Shown: positions 24,841 to 34,830, numbered from the stretch's first letter. The stretch: DNA of 62,901 nucleotides from an uncultured Pseudomonadales bacterium (GCA_964625685.1 CAZVBO010000001.1:1-62901), one strand, 5' to 3'. The notes: generated by a model not told the origin, from the sequence alone. Numbers and translations: made by a program.

Positions 24841-26799
24841 CTAACTACTTGGTGGTACATAATCGTCGATTGTGGGATTTCCTTGAAAACCAGATCGAAT
24901 GCTTTGCTGAGTAGTCAAATCTTGGCTTGCTTGGGCTTGGTTTTGAGTAGCTGGTGGGGAAGTAGGAGTGTTGTGAATGGTTGTTTCAACTTTGTGTCTT
25001 CTTTGAAGGATTTCCTCAGGATTGGTGGTAATAACTGCGTGTTCCTGTTCGCTTGAAACAACTCGTAGTGCGACATGATTTTGACCAGCAAAGAAAATAC
25101 CCTCACCGACATCAGATGCTACTAAAAGTCGTCTTTCGCCTTCGGATAAATGAAAGGTCTCCGTTAAAATATCAAGGGCTGCGGTAGATTGTTTCATTAA
25201 AAACTGAATGGACGCATTGGTGACAATGGCTTTGCCATAGTCGTTATGCAAAAAATCTTCTACATCTTGGGTAATAGTAGTAATGCCCAAGTAGTATTTA
25301 CGAGCTCGTTTGACCATAGAATGAATAAATGAAGCGGAATCCTGGTGTTTCATGAAATACCAAGCCTCATCGATTACCAGTAATCTTTTTTTGAGATCCT
25401 TTTTGATTTTGGTCCAAATAAAATCCAAGATAATATACATGGCAATGGGTCTAAGTTCTTCATCGATCTCTTTAACCGAAAAAACGGTAAATTGATTATG
25501 AATATCTATGGTAGAGTGATGATCGAAAATACCCCGGAAGGAGCCAGAAATGTATTTTTCCAGACGAACGGCTAGATCGTTTGCATCTTCGTTTTCCATT
25601 CCGATCAAGGTCTTATACAAGTCTTCCATGAGAGGTGGTTCATTTGACTGGGTAGCTGGATCGGGAGTAATGCCTTTGGCTTTATAGGTTGCCACCAGAG
25701 CTCGATCAAGCAATGCCTCTTGTTGATCACTCATTTCACCCAACATCACTTTGAGTAAACCATGAAGGTTGATAATTTTATGACCCAACTCGTTTTCGCC
25801 TTCTTCATACACGGCTGATAGGTCAAACGGATTGATGGTATATTCAGCATTAAAGGTGAAGTTGAGGTATTCTCCGCCAACTGATTTTGCCAATTCTTCG
25901 TACTCTTGTTCAGGATCTAGTACTAAAATATCAATTCCAAACATGAGCTGGCGGATGACTTCCAATTTAACGGTGTATGATTTTCCAGCACCAGATTTAG
26001 CAAAGACGACCATATTGGCATTTTCCATTTGGAATCGATCAAAAATAACCAATGAATCATTGTGTTCATTAATTCCATAGAGAATTCCGGTTTCCATTGT
26101 CAGCTCAGAAGAAGTAAATGGGAATGTAGTGGCCAATGAGGTGGTATCCATATTCCGAGTAATCAACAACTTATCTACACCCATAGGCAGAGTTGTTTTA
26201 AAACCATCGGCCATTTGGAGGGTGGTCTTTTTGGATACAATCATCAAAGCACCCAGTGTAGATTGAATGTTTTTGGTAATTTTATCGAGTTCTTCCTTAG
26301 AATTTGCTTGAATAGTGACATATAGGCCAAATTGAAAAAACTTTTCTGAGCCTTTGGCTAGTTCCTCTCTGATATAGCGAGCATCTTCAAGTTTAACTTC
26401 GGTATTAATATTACTGATTTTCCCGGAACGGACATCAGAAGTGATTTCAGCTTCCATTTCAGTAATTTTTCGCTTCAAGTTATCCAAAACCTCTTTTGAA
26501 TCAACTGGAAAAACAAACATGGAAATATTAAGTTTGTTAGGATAATTGATCAAGGGAGCGAGCCAGTTAGCGGGCACCGACCGAGGGTAGCCAGCCACAA
26601 AAAGAGTTCGAGTATAGGTGGAATTTATTTTCTGAAAGGTGAAGTCAACTTCAATGGCCTCTGGAGCAATAATGTCTTGAATAGTAACTAACCCCCGAGA
26701 GAACTCCTCGAGTTTTTGGCGGTTTTGTTCTTCAAGACTAGGCTGAGTGTTTTCATCCTTTTTTTTGCCAAATGGTAACGACAAATTTAAACTGGGCAT
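24841..26799 (-). CDS. virB4: VirB4/TraE-family type IV secretion ATPase
   Basis: About 652 aa with Walker A FAKSGAGKSYT, Walker B LLVIDEAWYF and GITTITQD. The N-terminal IAPEAIEVDF...RTLFVAGYP pattern is typical of Gram-positive VirB4 homologues. The ORF-track start at 26802 is TTG; ATG is at 26799. Confidence 0.8.
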   Translation of the reverse strand: MPSLNLSLPFGKKKDENTQPSLEEQNRQKLEEFSRGLVTIQDIIAPEAIEVDFTFQKINSTYTRTLFVAGYPRSVPANWLAPLINYPNKLNISMFVFPVDSKEVLDNLKRKITEMEAEITSDVRSGKISNINTEVKLEDARYIREELAKGSEKFFQFGLYVTIQANSKEELDKITKNIQSTLGALMIVSKKTTLQMADGFKTTLPMGVDKLLITRNMDTTSLATTFPFTSSELTMETGILYGINEHNDSLVIFDRFQMENANMVVFAKSGAGKSYTVKLEVIRQLMFGIDILVLDPEQEYEELAKSVGGEYLNFTFNAEYTINPFDLSAVYEEGENELGHKIINLHGLLKVMLGEMSDQQEALLDRALVATYKAKGITPDPATQSNEPPLMEDLYKTLIGMENEDANDLAVRLEKYISGSFRGIFDHHSTIDIHNQFTVFSVKEIDEELRPIAMYIILDFIWTKIKKDLKKRLLVIDEAWYFMKHQDSASFIHSMVKRARKYYLGITTITQDVEDFLHNDYGKAIVTNASIQFLMKQSTAALDILTETFHLSEGERRLLVASDVGEGIFFAGQNHVALRVVSSEQEHAVITTNPEEILQRRHKVETTIHNTPTSPPATQNQAQASQDLTTQQSIRSGFQGNPTIDDYVPPSS

Positions 26800-26805
26800 C
26801 AATTT

Positions 26806-26811
26806 ATTGTA
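26806..26811 (-). promoter_or_regulatory. -10 hexamer TACAAT 6 nt upstream of the ATG of the VirB4 gene (leaderless candidate)
   Basis: The minus strand reads TACAAT aaattg ATG. Confidence 0.4.
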
Positions 26812-26852
26812 CCAGCATCATGGGTTCAGGAAAATCCGAAAAACAGCGCTGC

Positions 26853-28217
26853 TTAAATTTCTGGAAGCTGTGGCATCGCATCTGTGTTTGTCGCAGCCGG
26901 TTGAGCTGGGGTGGGTGGTTGGGAGTTGGCTGGCTCAACGGGGGTGGAAGTTGATTCAGCTGAAGTTGGCTGAGTCGGTGGCACACTTGGTGTCCCCGTC
27001 GCTGCTGGAGTTTGAGCACTTCCTGGCTGAGAAAGTGGAGCTTCCGAATGAGTTCCTAATTCTTGAATGGTGCTATTAATGGCAGATTGGGCATCCTCTA
27101 CAGTAGGTGGTGTGGGAGTACTACTCACGGCAGTTTGTCCACTAGCGGGTGTCTCAGTTTGTGTTTCTGTTGACGCGGCAACAACTTCTTCTGGGGTTGG
27201 AGTTGGTTTTGTGGGAGACTGAACAGAGGTGGTTGTAGCCGGTTGAGCTGGGGTGGGTGGTTGTGAGTTGGCTGGCTCAACAGGGGTGGAAGTTGATTGA
27301 GCTGAAGTTGGCTGAGTTGTGCTTGGAGCAGGTGAAGGAGTTTTTTCATTAGAAATAGGAATGTCAGCCATAGGAGCGGTGGGCGTGCTGGGCTCTGGAA
27401 CCGGACTGATTGGTTGTGCTTGCGGCGGGGTTTGTTGCACCGGTTGTGGCACTGTTGGGGCCTGAGGTGTCTGTGCTGGTTGATTTGGGTTGGTTGAATC
27501 AGTCATAAAATTTCCTTGTACCCTCGCCTTGACTAATGGCGTGGTGTAATTTCTACTATCGGTGAGGTTCTGGCCTTCGACAGCTTCTGGATTATACGAA
27601 GTATAAAAGAGCTGAATAATTTCCTGTGTGTCTAATTGACGAGCATATAAACCAATTCGGTTGAATTGAGAAATGAGGTGATCTCGTTTTGGTTCTAGGT
27701 TATTCCTTGCTTTTTCTAAAATATAGCTTCTTTCAAAAGAGTCAACACTGGTGGTTTTAACACCAGGGATTACGCTTTGTGGAGTAACAATACCCATTTC
27801 CAGTGCAGTGGAGGGAATAACCACGTAAAACTTTTTATCAAGTACATTTCTTTCTTGAATAAGTTCTGCCACAAAATTTTTGTATTCAGAAATTTGACTT
27901 TTTTTTAGCTTCGAAGTGGTTTCTTCAATTTGGTCCTGAAGTAACTGTAAATAGTTAGTGACATCCTTGGTTTGTGACTTAATTAAAATTTGAATAGGAT
28001 ATGTCAGTGAATTAAGTAAACTAGCGTAAGCATAAATAATTCCATCTTGTTCTTCTTCAGCCAATAATCCAAAGTTAAGAGCATCCACAGTTAAAACAAC
28101 TGCAGTTGAGCCATCTTTCATGATAATGACATTATTAGTCACATCGTAAATGTCTAAAAACTGCTGTGTAGTAGAGTGAATTGAGTTTTTCGCCATAGAT
28201 TCTAGGATCAATTCCAT
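26853..28217 (-). CDS. Hypothetical T4SS-associated protein: ~230-aa globular N-terminal part plus a ~220-aa Pro/Thr/Gln/Ser-rich repetitive tail
   Basis: 454-aa ORF directly upstream of virB4. The tail contains a duplicated QPTSA(Q/E)STSTPVEPANSQPPTPAQPA unit. Confidence 0.6.
   Translation of the reverse strand: MELILESMAKNSIHSTTQQFLDIYDVTNNVIIMKDGSTAVVLTVDALNFGLLAEEEQDGIIYAYASLLNSLTYPIQILIKSQTKDVTNYLQLLQDQIEETTSKLKKSQISEYKNFVAELIQERNVLDKKFYVVIPSTALEMGIVTPQSVIPGVKTTSVDSFERSYILEKARNNLEPKRDHLISQFNRIGLYARQLDTQEIIQLFYTSYNPEAVEGQNLTDSRNYTTPLVKARVQGNFMTDSTNPNQPAQTPQAPTVPQPVQQTPPQAQPISPVPEPSTPTAPMADIPISNEKTPSPAPSTTQPTSAQSTSTPVEPANSQPPTPAQPATTTSVQSPTKPTPTPEEVVAASTETQTETPASGQTAVSSTPTPPTVEDAQSAINSTIQELGTHSEAPLSQPGSAQTPAATGTPSVPPTQPTSAESTSTPVEPANSQPPTPAQPAATNTDAMPQLPEI
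26896..26975. repeat. Intragenic 80-bp direct repeat, copy A
   Basis: 77/80 identity with 27238-27317 (gccggttgagctggggtgggtggttg...). Confidence 0.9.
27238..27317. repeat. Intragenic 80-bp direct repeat, copy B
   Basis: 77/80 identity with 26896-26975. Confidence 0.9.
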
Positions 28218-28251
28218 TTAAGCAAAAAAAACTGCTTTTGATAAGGTTGGA

Positions 28252-29376
28252 TTAGGCCTCTGCCGGAATAGCACCTCTGATCTCAATGGGGGGCACTATT
28301 TTATTTTTGATTTCCAGTTGCTGATCAGTAAAGTCGTACCCATCTTTTTCAGCTGAAACTACATAAATACCAGGATTGAGTGGAGTAGTTACAAAAAACT
28401 GACCCAATGTATTAGACTTGATCGCTCTGACGACAGCACCATTCATGTTTTTAATTTCAATAATCGCATTAGAGAGTATTTTGTTATTTGGGCCTAAAAC
28501 CATTCCCACCGGCTTATTTGGTTCATCTGGTAGCGAGGGAAAAGGAAGATCTTGATTATAAGTGGTTTGACTAGTTTGATCCTGTTGAATTTGTTGTGTG
28601 TGTTGCTGACTTTGACTGTAAACCCGGTTTTCCTCTGTAGGAGCATTAGCAACGCCAACCAGTGTTTCTTCTTGAGCTTGGGATTTGGGCATTTTAACAG
28701 CACTCATATAAGGGATTTCTACGTCCGCAGCCACTTGCGATAAATCAATTGCTTTTTGAGAAATAGTTTGATCTGGAGTCGGAGTAGAGTCAACCAAATC
28801 ATTTTTGAGTCTCTTTTTGGCTTTTAAATCACGAACTCGAACCGTTAAGTTTGGTTTTTCCACTTGTTGTTCAACATTGGTAGCTTGGTAGGACTTAACA
28901 GTGTTAAAAGTATTTAACACATAATCAACTCGTTGTTGTTCATATTGATCATAGGCATCTTCGGGTAGTGGTTGTTGAATAGAAGTCATAAACTCCTTGA
29001 TTCGTTGACGGCGGGCAGGAGATAAATCAAGTTCAGGTTCTACTGGTTTGGTGGTACTTGGTTGGTATTTAAAGACATCAGGAATTCGAGGTTCTCGTTT
29101 CCAGAAAAACTTAGTGGGGGTATAAATAACTTTAAAAAAAGTGGCTATCCAGTGATCAAGTGGTCTTTCTTCAAATGGCACAAAGGCGGCACCCGCACCA
29201 ATAGCAACAGCTATCCCAATTAATGGCCACTTTATAAAATCAAGTAAGTTGGTGGTGTAAATCAAAAAACCCGCAAAGCAGCCAGCCCCAATTTCAGCAA
29301 ATTGCTTGAGGGTCATATTGCCTACAATATGAAACTGATACCCAGTAATATCCTGGGGCAATGGGTGTTCTTGCAT
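28252..29376 (-). CDS. PrgI-family (VirB3-like) membrane protein fused to a C-terminal carboxypeptidase-regulatory-like beta-sandwich
   Basis: 374-aa ORF. The N-terminus HPLPQDITGYQFHIVGNMTLKQFAEIGAGCFAGFLIY plus two TM helices fits the PrgI pattern. The C-terminus reads IIEIKNMNGAVVRAIKSNTLGQFFVTTPLNPGIYVVSAEKDGYDF. Confidence 0.55.
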   Translation of the reverse strand: MQEHPLPQDITGYQFHIVGNMTLKQFAEIGAGCFAGFLIYTTNLLDFIKWPLIGIAVAIGAGAAFVPFEERPLDHWIATFFKVIYTPTKFFWKREPRIPDVFKYQPSTTKPVEPELDLSPARRQRIKEFMTSIQQPLPEDAYDQYEQQRVDYVLNTFNTVKSYQATNVEQQVEKPNLTVRVRDLKAKKRLKNDLVDSTPTPDQTISQKAIDLSQVAADVEIPYMSAVKMPKSQAQEETLVGVANAPTEENRVYSQSQQHTQQIQQDQTSQTTYNQDLPFPSLPDEPNKPVGMVLGPNNKILSNAIIEIKNMNGAVVRAIKSNTLGQFFVTTPLNPGIYVVSAEKDGYDFTDQQLEIKNKIVPPIEIRGAIPAEA

Positions 29377-29383
29377 CGCTACT

Positions 29384-29392
29384 ATCTTACCA
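29384..29392 (-). promoter_or_regulatory. Extended -10 (TGgTAAGAT) 7 nt upstream of the ATG of 28252..29376 (leaderless candidate)
   Basis: The minus strand reads TGGTAAGAT agtagcg ATG. Confidence 0.4.
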
Positions 29393-29421
29393 GAAAATTA
29401 GGCAAGACGGGGATGGGGGAT

Positions 29422-30405
29422 TTAGTTGGGAGTGGATATTGTTTCCACAGCTGGAGTAATAAGTTCCACCATATATTTATTATTGTCAGAATTATAGAGA
29501 GTTCCGGAGAAACGATAGTAGGGAAGAATATACCCAGTGGTTTCATCTACTCGATATTCAAGTGAAACAGTTGTTAAATCTCCACGAACAATTTCATCTA
29601 GAGTTATGTCGATTGTTGTTTCAACCCCTGCACTAATAATGGTTCCTTGATTTTTGGTATTAATATTCTCAATAGCCTGATCAATGCCAATCAGATTTTT
29701 TTCACCAAGGGTTTCAAATGTAACAATATTGGGAGTAAAAGAGACAGTAGAAACATTGCCCGACATGTCGAGGGTAACAAAAAAGGGGACTTCAGCTCTG
29801 CCTTCAAACATGACTGGAATACCTTCTACCGTCTGAGCAAAAGGAATTTTCACAGCTGTGGCATTTTCATAAGTTGTTACCTCTGGGTGTTCCTCGGGTT
29901 CGAGATAATAAGTAATTTGATCGGTTAGGGGAGAGAGTTCTAATGAAAGTAGGTCAAGCAGATAGGCTTGAGCTTGACCGATAAGATCTGTCTGACTTAG
30001 CTTGAAATCACCTGTGTCAGTGATTGGTGCTACCACTAAAAAATATGATTTGTTAAATCGGTCATAGGTGAGTGATTGCCCTTGATCATTTTGCCAGTAG
30101 TTATTGGCCAAAGTAGTTTTTTTAAGATTAAGCTTGGTAGTTATTTGTTGTTCTAATAACTGTGCATTGGTGTCTTGAATTTGTTTCATGATGGGAGCTT
30201 TTGTAGAGAAAGATGGGGAAGATCCACTGTACGAGATATTACTAAAAGTGGTAGTTCCGCCCACAATATTCTGGGTAAGTGTTTCTGATGTGGGTTCGGG
30301 AACCGTAATAGTTTGTGGGGTCATTAAGCGCAAAATGACAGAACTAATTAAGAGGACCACTAGAATGGTAATAAAAATTGTAAGCAGTTTTTTATTGGTT
30401 TTCAT
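29422..30405 (-). CDS. Hypothetical N-terminally anchored extracytoplasmic protein of the T4SS-like locus
   Basis: 327-aa ORF with a single N-terminal TM helix (LLTIFITILVVLLISSVILRL). Its start overlaps the upstream gene's end by 14 nt. Confidence 0.55.
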   Translation of the reverse strand: MKTNKKLLTIFITILVVLLISSVILRLMTPQTITVPEPTSETLTQNIVGGTTTFSNISYSGSSPSFSTKAPIMKQIQDTNAQLLEQQITTKLNLKKTTLANNYWQNDQGQSLTYDRFNKSYFLVVAPITDTGDFKLSQTDLIGQAQAYLLDLLSLELSPLTDQITYYLEPEEHPEVTTYENATAVKIPFAQTVEGIPVMFEGRAEVPFFVTLDMSGNVSTVSFTPNIVTFETLGEKNLIGIDQAIENINTKNQGTIISAGVETTIDITLDEIVRGDLTTVSLEYRVDETTGYILPYYRFSGTLYNSDNNKYMVELITPAVETISTPN

Positions 30406-33400
30406 AACAACTTCTTACAGCTCCTAACCGAATACTTTTCCCTGGTACGTATTGACTCATATCTAAAGTGGAAGGTCTTAACTCCCAGTGCAAATGGGTA
30501 TTTCCTACTACCCCATAACTAGCTCCTAAGAATATTAAACCCGAGTATCCGGCCTCTCCAATTTGGTCCCCTGCCTTTACGGGAAGGGTTGTTTGGCCAT
30601 TGATGATGGTTTTTTCTTGGGTTTCCCCATCAACAATGTATAAATCATTCATGTGGGCGTAGAGAAATTCCACATTCCCGGTCTTGATTGAGACATGATT
30701 TCCATAGCAAAAAGAACTATTTGCACACTGATATCCTGTTCCTTGAGGATAGAAAGTAGCAGAACCGTTCATAGAACTAAATACCGGAGCTCCTAGTTGG
30801 GTAGCGATATCAACTGCCGCGACTAACGAATGCGTACAGGAATAACCAGCAGCTTTTGGTTGACAAAAAGGCCCTTGCATCAGAACACCACTGACGGGCC
30901 AGCAGCCTTCTTGGGCTTGGGGACATTCGCCGAAACACACAGACTCTCCTGTAGTTGCAGTTCTAATCTCGCTCATTTGGACACTGGCGGGAGAGGCATT
31001 CGGATCGGGGATTTGGCTCATCGGCAAGCCATCTTCCTCATTGGGATTTTGACTCATTGGTGCCTCATCAACATTTTCTTCAGGTACAGCAAAAAAGAGT
31101 TTAAAGGTGTTTACCACATTAGCATCGTGGTGATCGGTTTGATTGAAGGACTCAGTATAAGGTTGGAGGGTCATTGAGTCTCCCTCTTCAATGGTAAAGG
31201 GAAAACTTAATGGATTCCCATTTTCATCTTTAAAAAAAGTAGCATCGTGGTTTCTGTTCTCAGGTTCTTTTTCATTTTTTTCTTGATTGTAAGAGATAGT
31301 CATTGAGTCTGACATTTGGTTCACCACAACAGAATAGCCTTTATTAGCCTTAATGGTAATGGTATAGGTAATATCTTGAGCCATTGCCATTTTAATACCA
31401 GGCTCAGCCGCTTTTTCAATCGTGACATATTGGGATTCTCCCACACCTTCATCTCCAATGGTCGGCATCAGAAAAGCACCTTGCTGAATAGTATTAAAAG
31501 CAAAGGCAGTTGCAGTTACCGCAGTAGTAGTGGCAATAAAAGCCCCCGTAGGAGTAGCTAAGTATGGTGTGGAAGTAGTAGAAACCCCCGTTTGAGTGGC
31601 CAGGGTAGCTGTGGAGGCAGACGTTGTGCCTCCAAAGCTAAATCCTTTAGTTAGTCCATGAAAGCCCAAAATACTATCTGGTAAAATAGCGGCACCAGCA
31701 TTGGTTCCAATGGCCCAACCAGATAGTGTTCCACCACCAATTCCAAAAGGGGTCCCACTTAAGGTTCCTAGAAAAGCTCCGATTCCTCCGCCAACTACTC
31801 CTCCAATAAAGCCACCGGCCGTGGAGACAAAAAGTCGAATAGTATTGGCGATAAAACCAGCTATTGCTGCAGAGATACCTCCGGCAATTGCATTCCGGGC
31901 TTTTTTATTGGGAATAAGGGCCAGTAAACCGGAAACAACACCACCCAGCCCAGGAACTGCTAGATTTGATAAAAAAGCAGCAGATCTTTCTAAAACAGAG
32001 GATTTAATAGCGTCCGAAGCTCTTTTCGCCGGACTTAAACGCCGCTTAAATCTTTTAAAAGGATTGAGTGTGGATTTAATACTCTTATCCTGAGTCCCCT
32101 GTTGTAATTGAGACACAACATCTGCAAAGATAAAGACTTGAGGAACCGCAGAATAGTCGATCAATTGGCGAGGTTCTCTATTAGCCAAAGAAGCCCAAAA
32201 TCGATTTTCTCTTTTGGTGGGAAGCTCCTTATCAGCAAAATAAGTTTGATAAAGATAGCTCTTTTCCTCATGGGTGAGCGATAACCAAAACTGTTCGGCT
32301 GCTAATCTTTTTTTCCAATAGACTTCTTGTTCTTCGTCCTGAAGTTTTTTTAGCTCTTTATACGATTTCTCTGGCCCATAGGTTGTGGTAAGAACAGCAT
32401 ATCTCTTTTCTTTTGCAGTTTTGCCGACACCATATTCAGAAGTTAAAAATTCTTGTACAGCTGCTTCGTCATACCGTTTAAGAAGTTCTCGAACTGCTTC
32501 CTCAGAATCTGGGTTAGCCAAGTATTCGGCTAAGTGCTGCTGCGAAATCTCTTTTTGAATTTGTTGCTGAGTTTCCTCAGCTGATTGAGTCTCTGGGGCT
32601 TTGGAAGGTTCTGCTTTTCTAAGAGTTTGAAGTAAACTTTGGAGCTGAGCTTGAAAGGTTGGGTCGCTATTGAGTTTTGCGGTTATTTGTCTTAATAGAA
32701 AATAACGAGCAGACCCTGGATTGGCAATAATTCTTTGAAAATCTTCAAAGCTCAATGTTTCCAAGTATTGTGATACTTGGTCCGCAAACAAAGCGCGGAG
32801 ATTGGGAGGAAGTTGCTCAAGAGTCAGTTCTCCAAATAAATCAGGATAAGTGGCACGATAACTAATCAATAAGACATTTTGCAGACGCATCAATTCAGCA
32901 GTGCTACTGGTGTGTTGACCTAAAATAGCTAGAGCTGCAGATCTTTTTTCCGCAGCTGACAAGCCTTGCCACCATTCTGAGGTAAATTGATTATTGGTTG
33001 GAGGTTGAGTGAAACCTGATTTTGTAAGAAGTGCGGAAATCTGATCGGGAACAAGAGCCGTGTCTGGTCCCGTTACTCGTTCTTCAATGGGACCTTCTGC
33101 TTGTTGAAAATTACGGATATTTTCTACTGCTTGGGCAAGGAGATTCTCTTCATCGAAAGATAAGGTGTGAACAGCCGCATCAACCAGTTGACTGGCATAG
33201 TCTTTTTGCCAACTTTTGAAAGAATCGTTAGTGGTGACTTCATCTGTATCTGGATTGTAGTAATTTTGTGTGGTGTTGTTTTCATCAAACTGAAGGTTTT
33301 TAATGGTTGCTTCAACATCAAATGGGAGTTGCTGAATGAATGCTTGGAGCTCTGATTTAACAAGCTCTTCAATGGTAGTTTTATCGATTCCTATTGCTTG

Positions 33401-34783
33401 GTAATTAAAATCCTGAGCGTCAATGTAAGCCGAAAGATTGAGTTGTTGATAGAGCTTCTCAGTAGCCAGACGGAGTGTTTCGACTACTACAAAATTTAAA
33501 GTCTGGGTCTGTGATTGAGTGGGAGTGGAAGGTTCATCTGGTCCGCCACCCTCAGATTCAGAAACCCCATAGAGTGCTTCAATGGGGGGATAGGTGAGAG
33601 TGGCTTCTCCCAACAATTTACTTACCAACCCAGAATCAATATAAAAAGCTTGAAAAAGGTTGCTTTTCTGAACATCTGTTTGGTTAAAAGTATTTTCAGG
33701 ATCTGGATATGTTGGTCCAGCTTCTTCTGGGAAAATAAAATTAGGAGTTTCTTGTTGAAGAGTTTGCTGTTCTGATTTGGTGAAAAGAGTATCTAAAACA
33801 TACTGTGGTAATCTTTGTTCATATTCTTGAGCCGCTGGTTCATAAATATATCTTTGATATGCTTCCTGATTTTCATTTCGATTGGTGACAAAATCTTGAG
33901 TTGAGTAAAAGGTCTCGTAACGTTGAATCAGGGCTGTCCACAAATGATTTTGGATTTCATTTAAACTCCTCTGAGGAACGAACGAGGATAAGTTATTGAT
34001 CTGGGTTTGAGAAATTTTTGTTACCTGTTCTTGAATCTGTTTGGTAAAAGCATTAAAAACCTGGCGAACTTGTTTGTTGGCTGGGTTCTGACCAGAAACA
34101 GTGTCGAGGAGAGGAATAGGACCAGATAATTTAGTGAAAGATTGGGCAGGGTCAGTTGGTGTTTCTTTAAACGAATTAAAAAGTGGGAGAATATTTTGCT
34201 CCCATGTTTGTAAAGCATTGACTGGTCCAAGATCAATTTGGGAAAGGAGTGGTTGGAGATTGGCAAATTGACCTTCAGTAACTTCAGAAGGGAAGATTTG
34301 GTCTAGGGTTTTTAATAAAAGTCCAACTACAGATTCCAGTCTCGGTCGATAGGTGGTAATGATTTTTGCCTCATCTTGAGACAGGTCTGATAGTTCATCC
34401 CGGAATGTTTGAAGATCACTGTTTGGTTGAGTCAACTGAATCGGAAGTTTCTTACTCCGAATAGCATTGTCAATCCATGAAGAGACCGTCAGCAAGCTAC
34501 TGACTAAATCACTACCATAGAAAATATCTCGTTGTTTTTCTGTATCTAACTCTCGTTCTTCATACTTAATCTCAAATTCCCGATTTTGATTATTAACAAT
34601 TAAATCGGTAGGGCCATAACTAATTCCAAGTGGGGGAACAATTTCAAAACGAGAAAAATTATTGGCAGAAAGGCTGCTGAGAAAATGACGAATTGATTCG
34701 GCAGCAGCTAAAACCTTTTCAGGTTCCTGCTCAATTGGGATATGGAGCTGTTTGAGGATAATTCGTTGCGATTCGTCAGCCAT
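30392..34783 (-). CDS. Giant (1463-aa) T4SS-associated protein: long cytoplasmic unknown region, Gly-rich multi-TM block and a C-terminal M23 (LytM-type) peptidase
   Basis: M23 motifs near the C-terminus are HSLVAAVDI (HxxxD) and NTHLHWELR (HxH). The Gly-rich hydrophobic block reads GGVVSGLLALIP...GGFIGGVVGGGIGAFLGTLSG. Confidence 0.75.
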   Translation of the reverse strand: MADESQRIILKQLHIPIEQEPEKVLAAAESIRHFLSSLSANNFSRFEIVPPLGISYGPTDLIVNNQNREFEIKYEERELDTEKQRDIFYGSDLVSSLLTVSSWIDNAIRSKKLPIQLTQPNSDLQTFRDELSDLSQDEAKIITTYRPRLESVVGLLLKTLDQIFPSEVTEGQFANLQPLLSQIDLGPVNALQTWEQNILPLFNSFKETPTDPAQSFTKLSGPIPLLDTVSGQNPANKQVRQVFNAFTKQIQEQVTKISQTQINNLSSFVPQRSLNEIQNHLWTALIQRYETFYSTQDFVTNRNENQEAYQRYIYEPAAQEYEQRLPQYVLDTLFTKSEQQTLQQETPNFIFPEEAGPTYPDPENTFNQTDVQKSNLFQAFYIDSGLVSKLLGEATLTYPPIEALYGVSESEGGGPDEPSTPTQSQTQTLNFVVVETLRLATEKLYQQLNLSAYIDAQDFNYQAIGIDKTTIEELVKSELQAFIQQLPFDVEATIKNLQFDENNTTQNYYNPDTDEVTTNDSFKSWQKDYASQLVDAAVHTLSFDEENLLAQAVENIRNFQQAEGPIEERVTGPDTALVPDQISALLTKSGFTQPPTNNQFTSEWWQGLSAAEKRSAALAILGQHTSSTAELMRLQNVLLISYRATYPDLFGELTLEQLPPNLRALFADQVSQYLETLSFEDFQRIIANPGSARYFLLRQITAKLNSDPTFQAQLQSLLQTLRKAEPSKAPETQSAEETQQQIQKEISQQHLAEYLANPDSEEAVRELLKRYDEAAVQEFLTSEYGVGKTAKEKRYAVLTTTYGPEKSYKELKKLQDEEQEVYWKKRLAAEQFWLSLTHEEKSYLYQTYFADKELPTKRENRFWASLANREPRQLIDYSAVPQVFIFADVVSQLQQGTQDKSIKSTLNPFKRFKRRLSPAKRASDAIKSSVLERSAAFLSNLAVPGLGGVVSGLLALIPNKKARNAIAGGISAAIAGFIANTIRLFVSTAGGFIGGVVGGGIGAFLGTLSGTPFGIGGGTLSGWAIGTNAGAAILPDSILGFHGLTKGFSFGGTTSASTATLATQTGVSTTSTPYLATPTGAFIATTTAVTATAFAFNTIQQGAFLMPTIGDEGVGESQYVTIEKAAEPGIKMAMAQDITYTITIKANKGYSVVVNQMSDSMTISYNQEKNEKEPENRNHDATFFKDENGNPLSFPFTIEEGDSMTLQPYTESFNQTDHHDANVVNTFKLFFAVPEENVDEAPMSQNPNEEDGLPMSQIPDPNASPASVQMSEIRTATTGESVCFGECPQAQEGCWPVSGVLMQGPFCQPKAAGYSCTHSLVAAVDIATQLGAPVFSSMNGSATFYPQGTGYQCANSSFCYGNHVSIKTGNVEFLYAHMNDLYIVDGETQEKTIINGQTTLPVKAGDQIGEAGYSGLIFLGASYGVVGNTHLHWELRPSTLDMSQYVPGKSIRLGAVRSCYENQ

Positions 34784-34790
34784 ACTATTT

Positions 34791-34796
34791 ATTATA
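34791..34796 (-). promoter_or_regulatory. -10 hexamer TATAAT 7 nt upstream of the ATG of the 1463-aa gene (leaderless candidate)
   Basis: The minus strand reads TATAAT aaatagt ATG. Confidence 0.45.
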
Positions 34797-34830
34797 ACTT
34801 GAATGGGAAAGAAAGACGAATGATTTTACT

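Noticed and set aside
26747-27349. ORFs 26747-27079 (+), 26772-26954 (+), 26804-27019 (-) and 27125-27349 (-)
   Set aside because: They are alternative-frame or antisense readings of the repetitive Pro/Thr/Gln tail of 26853-28217. Low-complexity repeats keep several frames open.
31701-32093. 130-aa antisense ORF rich in Pro/Ile/Ala
   Set aside because: It is the mirror image of the Gly/Ala-rich TM block of the 1463-aa protein, and the GGN/GCN codon bias keeps the opposite strand open.
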